In this document: one piece after another, positions 1 through 10,600 of the stretch
Position numbering within the stretch: the first letter of the stretch is position 1
Layout of the letters: every line of letters starts with the position of its first letter
Assembly: GCA_026710055.1 (NCBI GenBank)
Contig: JAPORV010000439.1
Coordinates: 1-61,903 of the forward strand
Length of the DNA stretch: 61,903 bases
Reading direction: 5' to 3'
Origin: Aestuariivita sp.
GTDB lineage: Bacteria; Pseudomonadota; Alphaproteobacteria; Rhodobacterales; Rhodobacteraceae
The notes under the pieces: model-generated
What the model saw: the letters and a program-made list of their open reading frames with translations, nothing else
Database searches by the model: none
Told to the model about the DNA's origin: nothing
Made by a program: the position numbers and the translations under genes

Positions 1-241
1 CAACACTTGCACCATTATCCTGGGATCTTCGGGCAGCAGGTGCTCAACCGTTACCAACGATTATCACCATTCTGCTGATGGAACTTATGGCCATGATTCT
101 CATATGGACATTACCTTCAGCGGTCGGGGCCGTGGCCAACGGTCCAGGTCAAAAGCACCCCAATCCCTTTCGCTCTGTCACGTTGTCAAAAGTGGGCAAC
201 CCTGTGCTGAAAACTCTGACACGATCCGTTGGCACTCGGAA

Positions 242-1000
242 ATGAACGGCATGAAGTCAACCATCATTCAACATGTCGGCGTCACGCTCTTCTTCCTGAT
301 ATCCTGGGTATTCGTACTGATGGCACTGGCCACACCGGCCACCACAAGCGACCTCCTGACTTTTATTCGCGCTTTAGAAGCACCACGTGGGTACAATGAT
401 TATGAACGGCGTATTGGATTGGCTCCACCGCAACCCCTCACACAGATGCGTCTGCGCGAGGTTCTTGAGTGGCAGAAACGCGTCCGCACGGCAGGCTATC
501 CGTCGACCGCGGCGGGCGGGTATCAAATCATTCATGCTACACTGAAACGTTTGATCACCACATACCATATTGATCGTGATGTGCTCTTTCATGCCAAAAC
601 ACAGGATCGGTTGGCGCAATACCTCATCGCCGAGTGTGGCCCTCGACCCGCTCAAACGGACAGATCACAACATCCCGCCTTTGCGAACTGTCTGGCGGGC
701 GTCTGGGCTGCATTACCGGTCACAAGCGGCCGCGATCGCGGATACTCCGCGTATCGGCATGTCGCGGGTAATAAAGCGTTAACGACACCGGCAACAGTCC
801 TGGCGCTATTAGCAGGTCAAAAGGTTTCAACACCCCTACCCGATCCAAAGGCTCAACCGCCCCGCCAATCCCCACGACCTCTGGCCTTTGGCGCTGTTCA
901 TGTCGTGGATGCCCACGCAATGATGCGCCGTGTTCAAGGTAGCGACGACCTCACGCCATCCGTACATCATTGGACATTTGACCCTTATGCCAGTCAATGA
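242..1000 (+). CDS. Lambda-lysozyme/GH104-like lytic transglycosylase (transfer-associated peptidoglycan hydrolase)
   Basis: ORF 104..1000. The likely start is ATG 242 (MNGMKST), just ahead of a hydrophobic signal/anchor (VGVTLFFLISWVFVLMALA). The motif STAAGGYQII resembles the S-AAG-YQ signature of lambda R-type muramidases. The gene sits at the head of the tra gene block. Confidence 0.55.
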   Translation: MNGMKSTIIQHVGVTLFFLISWVFVLMALATPATTSDLLTFIRALEAPRGYNDYERRIGLAPPQPLTQMRLREVLEWQKRVRTAGYPSTAAGGYQIIHATLKRLITTYHIDRDVLFHAKTQDRLAQYLIAECGPRPAQTDRSQHPAFANCLAGVWAALPVTSGRDRGYSAYRHVAGNKALTTPATVLALLAGQKVSTPLPDPKAQPPRQSPRPLAFGAVHVVDAHAMMRRVQGSDDLTPSVHHWTFDPYASQ

Positions 1001-1001
1001 A

Positions 1002-2309
1002 ATGACCCTCCTCGATCGCTTACGAGCGCCCCGGGCAGAAACGCTGCGGGCAAATATTATAGGACATATCTGCGGTGCATTTGCGGGCAGTGGGCTGACC
1101 TATTTTGCATATTTCGATGATCGGTTTCCTTTAGCATGGGCACTGCTTCCATTTATTGTTGCGGTCATTCTGGGCACAATGTGGGCACGCATCACGGCCA
1201 TGGTGAGCTTTTTGGTGTGGCCGGTGGTCATCTCAAGCATTGGGCTGATCGGGATTGGTCTTGACGCTGCATTGGTGGGGCTTGGCGCGTGCGGTATTCT
1301 CATCACACTTTTGGGTCTCACCGCCGTTGCGGGCCTCACGGGTGCAACGATGGCGCTCTTATGTGTGCCTGTCTTTCCAGCATCTCCCCTCCTGCCTTTA
1401 ATGGACTCCCTTAAAGATCTTCCGTGGGCATTGATTTTTTTGGTTGTGATCATGATCATCACCGGCCTCTTGGAAGTCAAAAGCATTCAACATGGCTCTC
1501 CTGATGAAGCACGATCCTGCCGACTGGCGGTCATGGCTGTGATGTTTATTGTTGTTTCACTTGGTCAATCACTTCCGCATCGTCCTGACACTAAGAATGA
1601 CATAACAGAAGGTTTTCAGAGTCGGTGGTATGAAATCCCTGCTCCTGTCGGCCTTACGCCGCTGACGCGCTGGATTCAACTCCGTGATCAACTTCCCCGC
1701 AACGGGACGATTGTTCTGGGCGAAAACATCATTGATGCTGAAGACATTGACGGCTTGAGCTTTTGGTGTCGAGCAGTCGCCGCAAAAAACCTGACGCTTT
1801 ATCTGGGTGTCAGCGAACCTTACCGTTTCCATCGCCGCAGTGCCCTGTGGATGTTGGATCGCGACATATGTGCGGTGGTTCAATCCCCTGACTTCAAAAT
1901 AACAGATGCGCGTATTGCCCGCGCACGGTACGGCATACCGTGGGTTACAGGCACATGGACATTAATGCCTGCAACGCCACTGTCCTTGCCTGACGCCATT
2001 CAACCTGATGTGCTGTTATCCAGCAATTCTGTATTCATGTGTCTTGAGGCTTTTTTACCGTGGGCCTGGTTTCACAGCTTGCTGAACAGTCCCCCTACCC
2101 ACAATCACGAAAACCAACAAGTACAACACATGATTGTTGTGGCGAACGATACGGCCTTTGGTCGACATGCTGCGATGATATCAACGTTACGTCGTAAAGT
2201 TGCGGGTACGGTGATGACGTTCCTCAACCATTCCATCAAACGGCCGTTTTCATCCGTTGTTTTTGCCGAAGCGGAACGGACTTATTTAGTGGATCAGTAC
2301 ACACCATGA
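1002..2309 (+). CDS. Polytopic inner-membrane protein with C-terminal soluble domain, unknown function (possibly TraB-like conjugation protein)
   Basis: ORF 930..2309. ATG 1002 follows the upstream stop (998..1000) directly. The N-terminal half has several long hydrophobic segments. The stop overlaps the traG start (ATGA at 2306). No catalytic motif was recognised. Confidence 0.45.
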   Translation: MTLLDRLRAPRAETLRANIIGHICGAFAGSGLTYFAYFDDRFPLAWALLPFIVAVILGTMWARITAMVSFLVWPVVISSIGLIGIGLDAALVGLGACGILITLLGLTAVAGLTGATMALLCVPVFPASPLLPLMDSLKDLPWALIFLVVIMIITGLLEVKSIQHGSPDEARSCRLAVMAVMFIVVSLGQSLPHRPDTKNDITEGFQSRWYEIPAPVGLTPLTRWIQLRDQLPRNGTIVLGENIIDAEDIDGLSFWCRAVAAKNLTLYLGVSEPYRFHRRSALWMLDRDICAVVQSPDFKITDARIARARYGIPWVTGTWTLMPATPLSLPDAIQPDVLLSSNSVFMCLEAFLPWAWFHSLLNSPPTHNHENQQVQHMIVVANDTAFGRHAAMISTLRRKVAGTVMTFLNHSIKRPFSSVVFAEAERTYLVDQYTP

Positions 2310-5300
2310 AGGGGAGTAAACGAAAGCGATATGGGAGTGCTTTGACGCACTGGCTAGTCGACACCATCACGAGTCCTGTGGTGTATATGCCTGGCATTGT
2401 TCTGATCGCCACGTTGATGTTGTTTATCATTAACGCGGAAGTCTTTCGCGCTCAGCTGTATTCGGCGCAATGGTATGATCTTTATTTCAGCTTAAGCTGT
2501 TTAGCTCCAGCGGCCTGTAGTCATGTGATGGCCTATCACAGTGTCAGCAAGTCATTATGGTGGTGGGCTTTATGGTTACCCGGACTTGTCTGGTATTGGA
2601 TGCGGCCTTGGGTGGGTCACGATGGTTTAGAACTCTACTGGATGCGTCTGGATTACATCTGGGGTCATACGAAAGCACTCTTCTGGGCGAGTTGGTTCAA
2701 TCGACCCTTGCCTTCAGGCTCGCTGTCGACCGTTTTGAGTGTCTTTCTTATTGCTACAGCCATGTTAGCCTGTGCGGCTCGCCCTGTCCTGGCCTTATCA
2801 CATCACTATCGATCTGCGACTGATCCCAAAAGCGAAACAGGGAGTGGGACGGTCGAGGGCTTACCACAAGCACGATGGGCAGACATCAGCGAAATCAAGC
2901 ACCACTTTAGCCATAAAGGCGGCATTGTATTAGGGGAACTGACTGATCCAATTGACACCACGCCCGATTTTGATCCGGCAGATCCTCTCAGCTGGAAACA
3001 ACAAGGGAAAGGTCGGTTGATTACCATGGATCCAAATCGCGGCAACGGACATGTGGTGGTGATCACAGCATCTGCTGGCGGGAAGACCGCGGGGATTATT
3101 GTTCCCAATATTCTGCATTATGCCGGGCCGTTGGTTGTGATTGACCCCAAAGGCGATCTTTACGCCCGTACGAAAGATGCGCGTGAAGCCATGGGATATA
3201 CAGCCCGTGTGATTAATGCGGAGAATGGCTTTGATCCTTTCAAGCTTGTGGCACCGCTCGCGGCGAGCACGCCATCGGTTTATCTGACAATGGCCAAGAC
3301 GCTCATGCCGCTATCAGCGCGGAGTTCGGATATTTCAGAGTATTTTCACGAAATGTCGTGCTCGCTTTTTGCGGCACTCATGGCTTATTTTATTGATCAA
3401 AACAGTTCGAATGTCGCGAGAGATATTTCGCGTTTTATTAATCAATCGAGGGACGACGTTATTGAGGCTGGTACGGAAATTGCATCAAGATATCAAATGC
3501 CACTTATTACTGATGAAATGAAGGGTTTAGCAGCCCTTGATGAACGTACATTTCCCGGTGTTGTCAAAAGTATTGCGAATAAACTCGCTTTTGTGCGCTT
3601 TCCGGATGTGGCCGCCTACGGGAGTTCATCCCACAATGCAGCAGATCATTTACGTGCCCTCGAACCTCGTACAGATATTTTTATTAACATCCCTACGCTA
3701 TCCGTGAAGGATTTTGCCTCTTTTCTCCGTCTGCTCATTGGTGCAATGTACGTGGCCACTGAGTTACTTGAGCATCCGGACAGGCCACAGGCCCGTCGGT
3801 TATTTTTGATTGATGAGGCCCGCGTTCTTGGCGGCATGGATGCTCTTACCAATGTTCGTGATGCCGGGCGATCCATTGGCATGCATCTCATGCTGATTTA
3901 CCAATCGCTGGGACAACTCAAAGAAGCCTGGGGAGGTGAGGCGGGCGCGGATGCGTGGCTTGATAGTTGCGAAGCGCGCGTTGTCGGGGCTGTCGGGGCT
4001 GCGCGTACTGCACAAGACATTGTTACAATGCTAGGGCGGCGAACCATCGAAACACGCACGCGGGGAACATCATCATCGAGCAAGGTAACAGGTTTATTTG
4101 CGGGCTCCGTCTCGTCAAGCGCATCAACGCAGCTGCGCGAGGTGTCCCTGATGTCCGCGGCTACGCTTGGTCGGTTACCCGCACATGGTTCTGTGATTTT
4201 TACGCGGCGCACACATCCTATTCTCGGCACTAAGGCATTGTATTTTACGCGAAAGGACATGGCTGATCATGTTAAATCGCCGGAGGATGTAACCAAGGAA
4301 TTAGATGTTACAAAACGGCGCGAGAAAGTAATAAACGCGCTGAAAGAGACGAAAAACAAAAAAGCAAACGCCACGCCCAAGACGACAACAAGTGACATAG
4401 CGGACATCACAGCACCCAATGGTCGCAAGGTTGCATCAGATACAGAGGTTCATGAACAAGGTACCGAGGAGAAAATCGAACCGGCTTTATCACCAGTTCC
4501 TACTGAAGCCGCGCCTGTTTCAACCGCGGCGGACATATCGACGACGACATTGGTCTCAAAATTATCTGATATTGATCCCGGCACACTTAACAACATAAAA
4601 TCATTGGTAGTGCAATATCCGGCGCTCTTTCGATCAGACATATTAGACAATATATCGGCAACAATATCACATTCTGATGAACAGGATGCGACAGACCCGA
4701 TGTTAGCACCGCCCGAATCTCTCGCTGACAGTGTGACGATCATTGAACCACCGTCACCGACAGTACAGGACGCTGCAAAGGTCACACCATGTACTGACGA
4801 AGATGAAATCAAGGCTGACATTGAACCGGGTCATGAGTCCTCTGCGGTACCTTCAGGTGATGACATCCGACATGATCAGACAAAGAAAGACCCGGAACAA
4901 TCGTCTCAAACATCCGCCAAAGCCCCGATTAGTGCTTCGGACCTGAGGCCGCTTCTTGAAATGCGGGCGCGCGACCTGTTTGAAAAAACATTCGGGCCGC
5001 TTAAAAAAGAAGGTGCCCATAGTGTGCGCGTGGCCCATGACACATCCATCTCCATGACGTTTGAATCGAATAAATATGGTCAGTGGCATCACCACAAAGC
5101 CGGGTTTGGGGGAGATTTATTTGACTTAGTGGCCATTGGTCTTTGTGGCCGCCCCATTGTTAAAAACGCCGCCCGCCATGACTTTCCACAAGTGCTTCAA
5201 ATGGCCGCCCACTATGTGGGATATCATCAGCACGATCAAACATATCACACATTGACGGCAAAAGCACAACGGGCCCGAATGACCCGAAAAACAGCGCAAG

Positions 5301-6034
5301 CCGCCAGTGAAGCGCAGCGCAAAAAAGACAAGCAGGAACTTATCACGACACTCCAACGCCTCGCCTTACCTCTTCATGATACACCTGCGGAAACCTACTT
5401 GAAGAGCCGCCACATTATGCAATGGCCCGTCAGTGGATTAAACTGGCTTCCGTCACTTGACGATCACCTCTCACCAACACAGAAGACGGGCGTTCTTCAT
5501 GCCCAATATGGCGCCCTGGTTGTCTGGGCTGAGAATGAACATGGCGTGATCACGGGAGGGCAGAGAATACTGCTTAATCCTGATGGCAAGAAAGCCGACG
5601 TGTCGGCATCAAAACCGAGCTTTGGCTCACTGACTCATTCAGCAGGTCGCTTTTTACCTTTTGACGATCAAAAAGACCATCCCCTTGTTGTGGCTGAAGG
5701 GCCGGAAACAGCATTATCCATTTGGCTGACCGCGGGCATTGAAGTGTGGGCAGTTTTTGGTGTTTCCGGGTTTCAGTCCGCGCCGCTTCCGGAAAACAAG
5801 CGAATCATTCTCGCACCTGATCAGGATGACCCGACAAGCGTCGCGGCCGGGACCTTTCGAAAAGCGGCTGAATATCATCAAGCCAATGGGAAAGACATTC
5901 TCATTGCCGTCTGTCCTGAACAATCAGGGAGCAAACGCGACTTTAACGATACGCTCCTTCGCCTTGGCATCGAGCCGGTTCGTGATGCCCTGAAGAAGGC
6001 ATGTCCGTTAAGCGATTTTTATCAGGATACGTAA
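2306..6034 (+). CDS. traG: Type IV coupling protein TraG/VirD4 fused through a low-complexity linker to a C-terminal primase-like (Toprim) domain
   Basis: 1242 aa with N-terminal TM segments. T4CP motifs are present: ASAGGKTAGIIVPNIL (Walker A-like), VVIDPKGDLY, LFLIDEARVLG (Walker B) and LIYQSLGQL. After a Ser/Thr/Pro/Asp-rich linker, roughly the last 360 aa contain GGDLFDL and VVAEGPETALSIW...ILAPDQDD...DFNDT (Toprim-like acidic motifs). This region is paralogous to an internal TraA segment. Confidence 0.85.
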   Translation: MKGSKRKRYGSALTHWLVDTITSPVVYMPGIVLIATLMLFIINAEVFRAQLYSAQWYDLYFSLSCLAPAACSHVMAYHSVSKSLWWWALWLPGLVWYWMRPWVGHDGLELYWMRLDYIWGHTKALFWASWFNRPLPSGSLSTVLSVFLIATAMLACAARPVLALSHHYRSATDPKSETGSGTVEGLPQARWADISEIKHHFSHKGGIVLGELTDPIDTTPDFDPADPLSWKQQGKGRLITMDPNRGNGHVVVITASAGGKTAGIIVPNILHYAGPLVVIDPKGDLYARTKDAREAMGYTARVINAENGFDPFKLVAPLAASTPSVYLTMAKTLMPLSARSSDISEYFHEMSCSLFAALMAYFIDQNSSNVARDISRFINQSRDDVIEAGTEIASRYQMPLITDEMKGLAALDERTFPGVVKSIANKLAFVRFPDVAAYGSSSHNAADHLRALEPRTDIFINIPTLSVKDFASFLRLLIGAMYVATELLEHPDRPQARRLFLIDEARVLGGMDALTNVRDAGRSIGMHLMLIYQSLGQLKEAWGGEAGADAWLDSCEARVVGAVGAARTAQDIVTMLGRRTIETRTRGTSSSSKVTGLFAGSVSSSASTQLREVSLMSAATLGRLPAHGSVIFTRRTHPILGTKALYFTRKDMADHVKSPEDVTKELDVTKRREKVINALKETKNKKANATPKTTTSDIADITAPNGRKVASDTEVHEQGTEEKIEPALSPVPTEAAPVSTAADISTTTLVSKLSDIDPGTLNNIKSLVVQYPALFRSDILDNISATISHSDEQDATDPMLAPPESLADSVTIIEPPSPTVQDAAKVTPCTDEDEIKADIEPGHESSAVPSGDDIRHDQTKKDPEQSSQTSAKAPISASDLRPLLEMRARDLFEKTFGPLKKEGAHSVRVAHDTSISMTFESNKYGQWHHHKAGFGGDLFDLVAIGLCGRPIVKNAARHDFPQVLQMAAHYVGYHQHDQTYHTLTAKAQRARMTRKTAQAASEAQRKKDKQELITTLQRLALPLHDTPAETYLKSRHIMQWPVSGLNWLPSLDDHLSPTQKTGVLHAQYGALVVWAENEHGVITGGQRILLNPDGKKADVSASKPSFGSLTHSAGRFLPFDDQKDHPLVVAEGPETALSIWLTAGIEVWAVFGVSGFQSAPLPENKRIILAPDQDDPTSVAAGTFRKAAEYHQANGKDILIAVCPEQSGSKRDFNDTLLRLGIEPVRDALKKACPLSDFYQDT

Positions 6035-6038
6035 ATTG

Positions 6039-6494
6039 ATGGATATAAAAGGATACCACATGATGCGTGTGAACGACGATACTGATCATAAAGACCGGTT
6101 GCTCTGGAGCGATTTGTCAGGAGCAGATCCCGATGATCTCATTTTTGCACAAACGCCTATCTGGCGTCACAAACTACGAGAACGCTTTTCAGGAAGCAAA
6201 TTCGTCAAGTTTATCCAGGTGAGATCTCGAGTCAAAACACCCCTCAATCTCGCGCCCTGGACAAACACAGTACTCACTACAAATAAACATCCGCGTCGCG
6301 TCAGCCTTCGGCGTGTCTACGACTACTGGCTTTGGATCATCAGTCACCCTGACACGCGGTATCAAACAGGCGCATGGCATCAGCAACAACGACATAAATC
6401 CCGTCTACGGTGGCGGTTACAAAAACTTCAAGCAACGCTGCGGGGAAAGGCCCCTGGCGCGCCCGCCATCTTACGTAAAGAACATGAGCCATGA
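6039..6494 (+). CDS. Hypothetical basic protein
   Basis: ORF 6036..6494 (TTG 6036 or ATG 6039). The stop overlaps the traF start (ATGA at 6491), which suggests translational coupling. No motif was recognised, and the Arg/Trp-rich composition raises some doubt. Confidence 0.35.
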   Translation: MDIKGYHMMRVNDDTDHKDRLLWSDLSGADPDDLIFAQTPIWRHKLRERFSGSKFVKFIQVRSRVKTPLNLAPWTNTVLTTNKHPRRVSLRRVYDYWLWIISHPDTRYQTGAWHQQQRHKSRLRWRLQKLQATLRGKAPGAPAILRKEHEP

Positions 6495-6934
6495 TCCACC
6501 CATATACATTCCCATACCGGCTGTGGATGAATCGTTTTAAAGGTGTCCTTCATCACCATCGCTGGTCTTTTAGTGGTGTCGCGATATGGGCGATCATTGT
6601 TGTTGCCGTCAATCAGTTAGTCTCGAACGGGGTGGTCGTTGGTAACTATTCACCCTCTGCTCCCACCGGGCTTTATATCACATCATTGCCTCGTACTGCG
6701 ACATATGTGTCATTTTGTTTACGCGATGATCATATCGACATCGCAACGACAGGAGAATTCTGTCATGCCGGCAATCCCCATGGAACACGTGTGTTAAAGC
6801 GTATTGTCATGCGGCATTCTCACAATCGTTTGATCGTCGCAGGCGATACGCCTCAAGCACTTGATAGTCGTGTTTTAGGCGACATCACACCTTTGATGAT
6901 CCGTGGGTGGTGGCGACCATTATTGACCTTTTGA
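6491..6934 (+). CDS. traF: TraF-type S26-family signal peptidase-like conjugative pilin maturation protease
   Basis: 147 aa with an N-terminal TM segment. NYSPSAPTGLY matches the S26 catalytic Ser region, and ALDSRVLGDI matches the S26 D-S-R box. The size and the tra-operon context also fit. Confidence 0.7.
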   Translation: MIHPYTFPYRLWMNRFKGVLHHHRWSFSGVAIWAIIVVAVNQLVSNGVVVGNYSPSAPTGLYITSLPRTATYVSFCLRDDHIDIATTGEFCHAGNPHGTRVLKRIVMRHSHNRLIVAGDTPQALDSRVLGDITPLMIRGWWRPLLTF

Positions 6935-6960
6935 CGTTGGTATAGAAACGGAATGAGACA

Positions 6961-7629
6961 ATGACCACGGCAACTCATGTTCGAAATAGTCAGCATCACG
7001 ACACCTTAGAGCACCAAAAAAAGGGCCTTGAGACGGAGATAAAGCGTGTTCGCCGAAAGGAAGAAAAACGTCTTATTGCGGCGGCAGAAAAAGCAGGTTT
7101 TTTTGAGGTTCGTATTCCGTCAACACGTCTGATTGCGATGATTGAGGCGGAAAAAGCCGCCGTCTCGTTCAAGCTCTCGACCATTGTAAAACTCAAGCAA
7201 AATCTGAACAGTTTATCACATGCCAAGCGTAAAATTGATACCCGTCGCAAAATCATTTTAGGCAGTTTTGTTGTGGCGCAATGCCGGCATAAACCTGACA
7301 TTCACGACGAAATTGCCCGTGATATCAAAGAGTATTTGAGCCACCACCCGAACCAGAAACGTGCGGGTGACCATTTGGCCGTCCTGTCGGCCTTTTTGGA
7401 TGACCCGCATGACCAAGACGCACAAGCGCCCAAAACGCCCGATCAGCTCAACAACGAGCGCACGCATCGTCATGTCCTGCTGGGCACATGGCTGTTGGAA
7501 CGCCGGACACTCAATCCAACGGTATCCTGGCTGATTCAAACAGAACTGAAGGGGTTTTTAGCCCAGGACCAAAAAGCCGATGGCTACCAGGAATGGCTAG
7601 CGGATGTGTTAGAGTTCGAGCCCCTGTGA
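6961..7629 (+). CDS. TraD-like relaxosome accessory protein
   Basis: 222 aa with a charged coiled-coil N-terminus. The motif KIDTRRKIILGSFVVAQ resembles the DTRRKI-LG core of Ti-type TraD proteins. The gene is convergent with traA and overlaps its 3' end by 21 nt. Confidence 0.45.
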   Translation: MTTATHVRNSQHHDTLEHQKKGLETEIKRVRRKEEKRLIAAAEKAGFFEVRIPSTRLIAMIEAEKAAVSFKLSTIVKLKQNLNSLSHAKRKIDTRRKIILGSFVVAQCRHKPDIHDEIARDIKEYLSHHPNQKRAGDHLAVLSAFLDDPHDQDAQAPKTPDQLNNERTHRHVLLGTWLLERRTLNPTVSWLIQTELKGFLAQDQKADGYQEWLADVLEFEPL

Positions 7630-10600
7630 TCGAGTGCGAGCGCGTTTTGGATGTAACTGCCTGGCCAGCTGCTTTACCGCCGGCGTCCAGGCCGCAAAAC
7701 CATAGCGTGACCCGCGCGTCAGACGCTTCAAGCCATCGGCTATTGCCCTGCCCTGCCCGTCATCAGAAGTCGAATGCGCAAAGGCCATGATTTCCCGATG
7801 CGTGAATGACCGAAAGACCCGCTTTAACATCGCCCGTGCGGTCTGTTCATCTTTGACCTTAGTAATCGCAGGAATATCCATGAGAAGTTGTGTCCGCTCT
7901 TGCATAAAGGCTTTTGCAGAAGGCAGTGATCCCTGCTTGAAGACATCGCGGAGCACCTGACCAAGCGCGTCATCGCCTGATCCTTTTTCCACACTGTAGA
8001 TCACGTGGGCCGCCGCTCTTTCCATCGCTGTTGGATGGAGTTTTGATTTCGCCACTACCTTGACGACTTCAGGCACGCGACGGTCATATTCCTCCTTAAC
8101 GCTATTGTGCTGGAATTCGAGAGGATGCTGTAAATTGACCGGCCGGGGACCTTCGACCGCCATAAAGATATCCTCATTAAATGACTGCGCGAGCGGACCG
8201 CGCGGGTCTGTGGCCACAAGTTCCCTCGCGAGCGTTCGCTTCGCATCAAAAATCACGCGATCTCGCGCCAATGTGTGACAGAGGCTGTTCACCTTGGCCC
8301 TGTCCACTTCGGAAAGAACCTCTGCTTGAGGCAGTAACGTTGCAATCTCGCCTACCAAATCGCACTGATGAATCGGATGGTGTGCATCTATCCGCTCACT
8401 AATGGCCACTGCAAGTTGTAATGCCTGTTGAGGGGAATGTGGCTCTCTCTGGTTAATGGCGGTATCGTCCATCTCTTTCACGTCATTCTCTCGGCCTGCG
8501 ATCCGGGTTCTTGTCATATGCTCCCCAAATCGCTGGAGGGCTCGCTCAAAGATATCTGCTACCGTGTCTTCTCCCAAGGCCTGTGCTGCACTGGCTCCTC
8601 GTGCGAGATACCGCGCAATCGCCTGCGTCTCGCTGTTCCCACCCTGCCCGGCTGAAGAACCCACCACCGACCGTGCATGATCATCCGCGGCTCTGGACAA
8701 TCGTGAGGGCACCTGCCGTAAGAGCTTTCGCCAGGCACGGGGCTGACTGACGCGACGGACATAGTGTTCTAAAGCGATCCGATCTTGTGCTGTCACGCGA
8801 CAGTTATGATCTGTCTCCCACGCCGAGACGGCCCCCATGACTTCTGCCAGGACCTGTTGCGTCACATGGGATGGCGGAGATGGCTCGGTCACTGTACGAC
8901 GGAAACCCACTATGGCCCCCAAACGCCCGAAAGCCGCTGCCCAGCCTGCGGTGCGATCACCGACTTGCGCATCACGTCCCCGACCCTGTTGCAGAGCCTG
9001 TACGGCTGCCCGCGCCCCTTGCGTAACATCAAAGCCATAATCCAGGACACTTTCGGCGCGGCCATTCCGACGATGAATGCGCTGAAGAACTTCTTCCATC
9101 CGCTGATCCGATGATGGGACAATCACTTTCAACTGCTCTTGATGTGCAGCGATACCGGCCGCAAACACTTGCCGTGTCATTCCAGGGCTGGCCAGAAGAT
9201 GAACGCTCTTTCGTACTTGAGCGCCCTCACCATGGATGGTGCCTGCAAAAGCGAATGTCCACTGGGGTAATGTGTCATGCTGCCGGGCGGGAATCACCAC
9301 CTCACGCGATGACTGCCCATCCCGTGCGGTGACCTGCAAGCGGAGCGCATCCGTCCTGGCATCAAACCCCATGACCTCCGCATGATCACCCACCATAATA
9401 CGTTGCGCATGCCATGCAGGCGTTTGCTGCCGTGGGGGTACCCACGCTGTCCCCGCTATAAACCGAAGGCGATCGCCGACTTTGAGGTCCTTAATCGCAT
9501 CATGCCGCGCGCGCGGTCGCTTTTGACGTTCCGGTAAGATATCATCAAGCGCCGTCCGAATGGCGTTGGTCACGGCGATGGCATCCGCCCGGCTCCAGGT
9601 GAGGGCGATTTTATCCGTCGATGGATCGGTGATGTAACTGTGCGCCATCGCCGTGATGGCTTGACGGGCATTTGTCCCGGCGACCAACGCTTCATGGTCG
9701 CGTAAATCAGATATTGCCGCATCGGCCATTGCGCCGCCATTCAACACGTGGCTGAGAACGTCTGCCCGCCAGGGAGCACGCACTTGATCATGTCCTATTG
9801 TCAGTGATCCCACGCGCATATCCAACGCGCGCATGATCGGTCCTGCCCCCAGCGGCTGTTGCTCATCACCGCCGAGCATCGCCACCAATTTCGCCCCTGA
9901 TTGATCCACTCGCGTCAGAAGGGTTGTCACGTCAGTGCCCGCAAGCCGCGTGGCATCATCCAAAATCACTACTGTATTGGCTGTCAGCACAGGATCAGTC
10001 CTGGAGGCGTCTGATGCCGGGCCTGTGAGTGTCAGAAACCGCCGCATTGTCATGGGACGCGATACACCTGCCGTCTTCAGCGCGGTACATCCACTTCCTG
10101 TGGGCGCGACCGTCACGACATTCCACCCGGCTTGTGCATGCAAATGCGCTAAGTCCGACGCAATATGTGTCTTGCCCGATCCTGCGTCCCCCCGAACCAG
10201 CCGTAAGCGCGTCGGGGTCATGCCCCACACAAGCGCCTGGCGGTGCGCATCCGTGTTTTGAAGGTCAACACGCTGCTTTAATTGCCAATCGTTGCGTATG
10301 ATCGCATCAAAATCTGCCGATGGTGCTGTCGGCGACACGGCTGATACCGCCAGCTGAGTCCCCAGGTCAACTGCCCGCACGTCACGATTGACCTGCGTTT
10401 TGGTACTGTACACCGGTACACCGTTCTGGTCGCACTCGCTGAGCATGACAACATCTTTATGCGCAAGCGCTTGAGCGAACAATCGCAGGAAGGTCTCAGG
10501 ATCAGTCACCACCCGGGCGAGTCGTTCTGCAATATCATCTGCCCGAATGACAGAAGAGCGCTGCAGGAGATCGTCAACCACTTGTGTGGGGTCCGACAGA

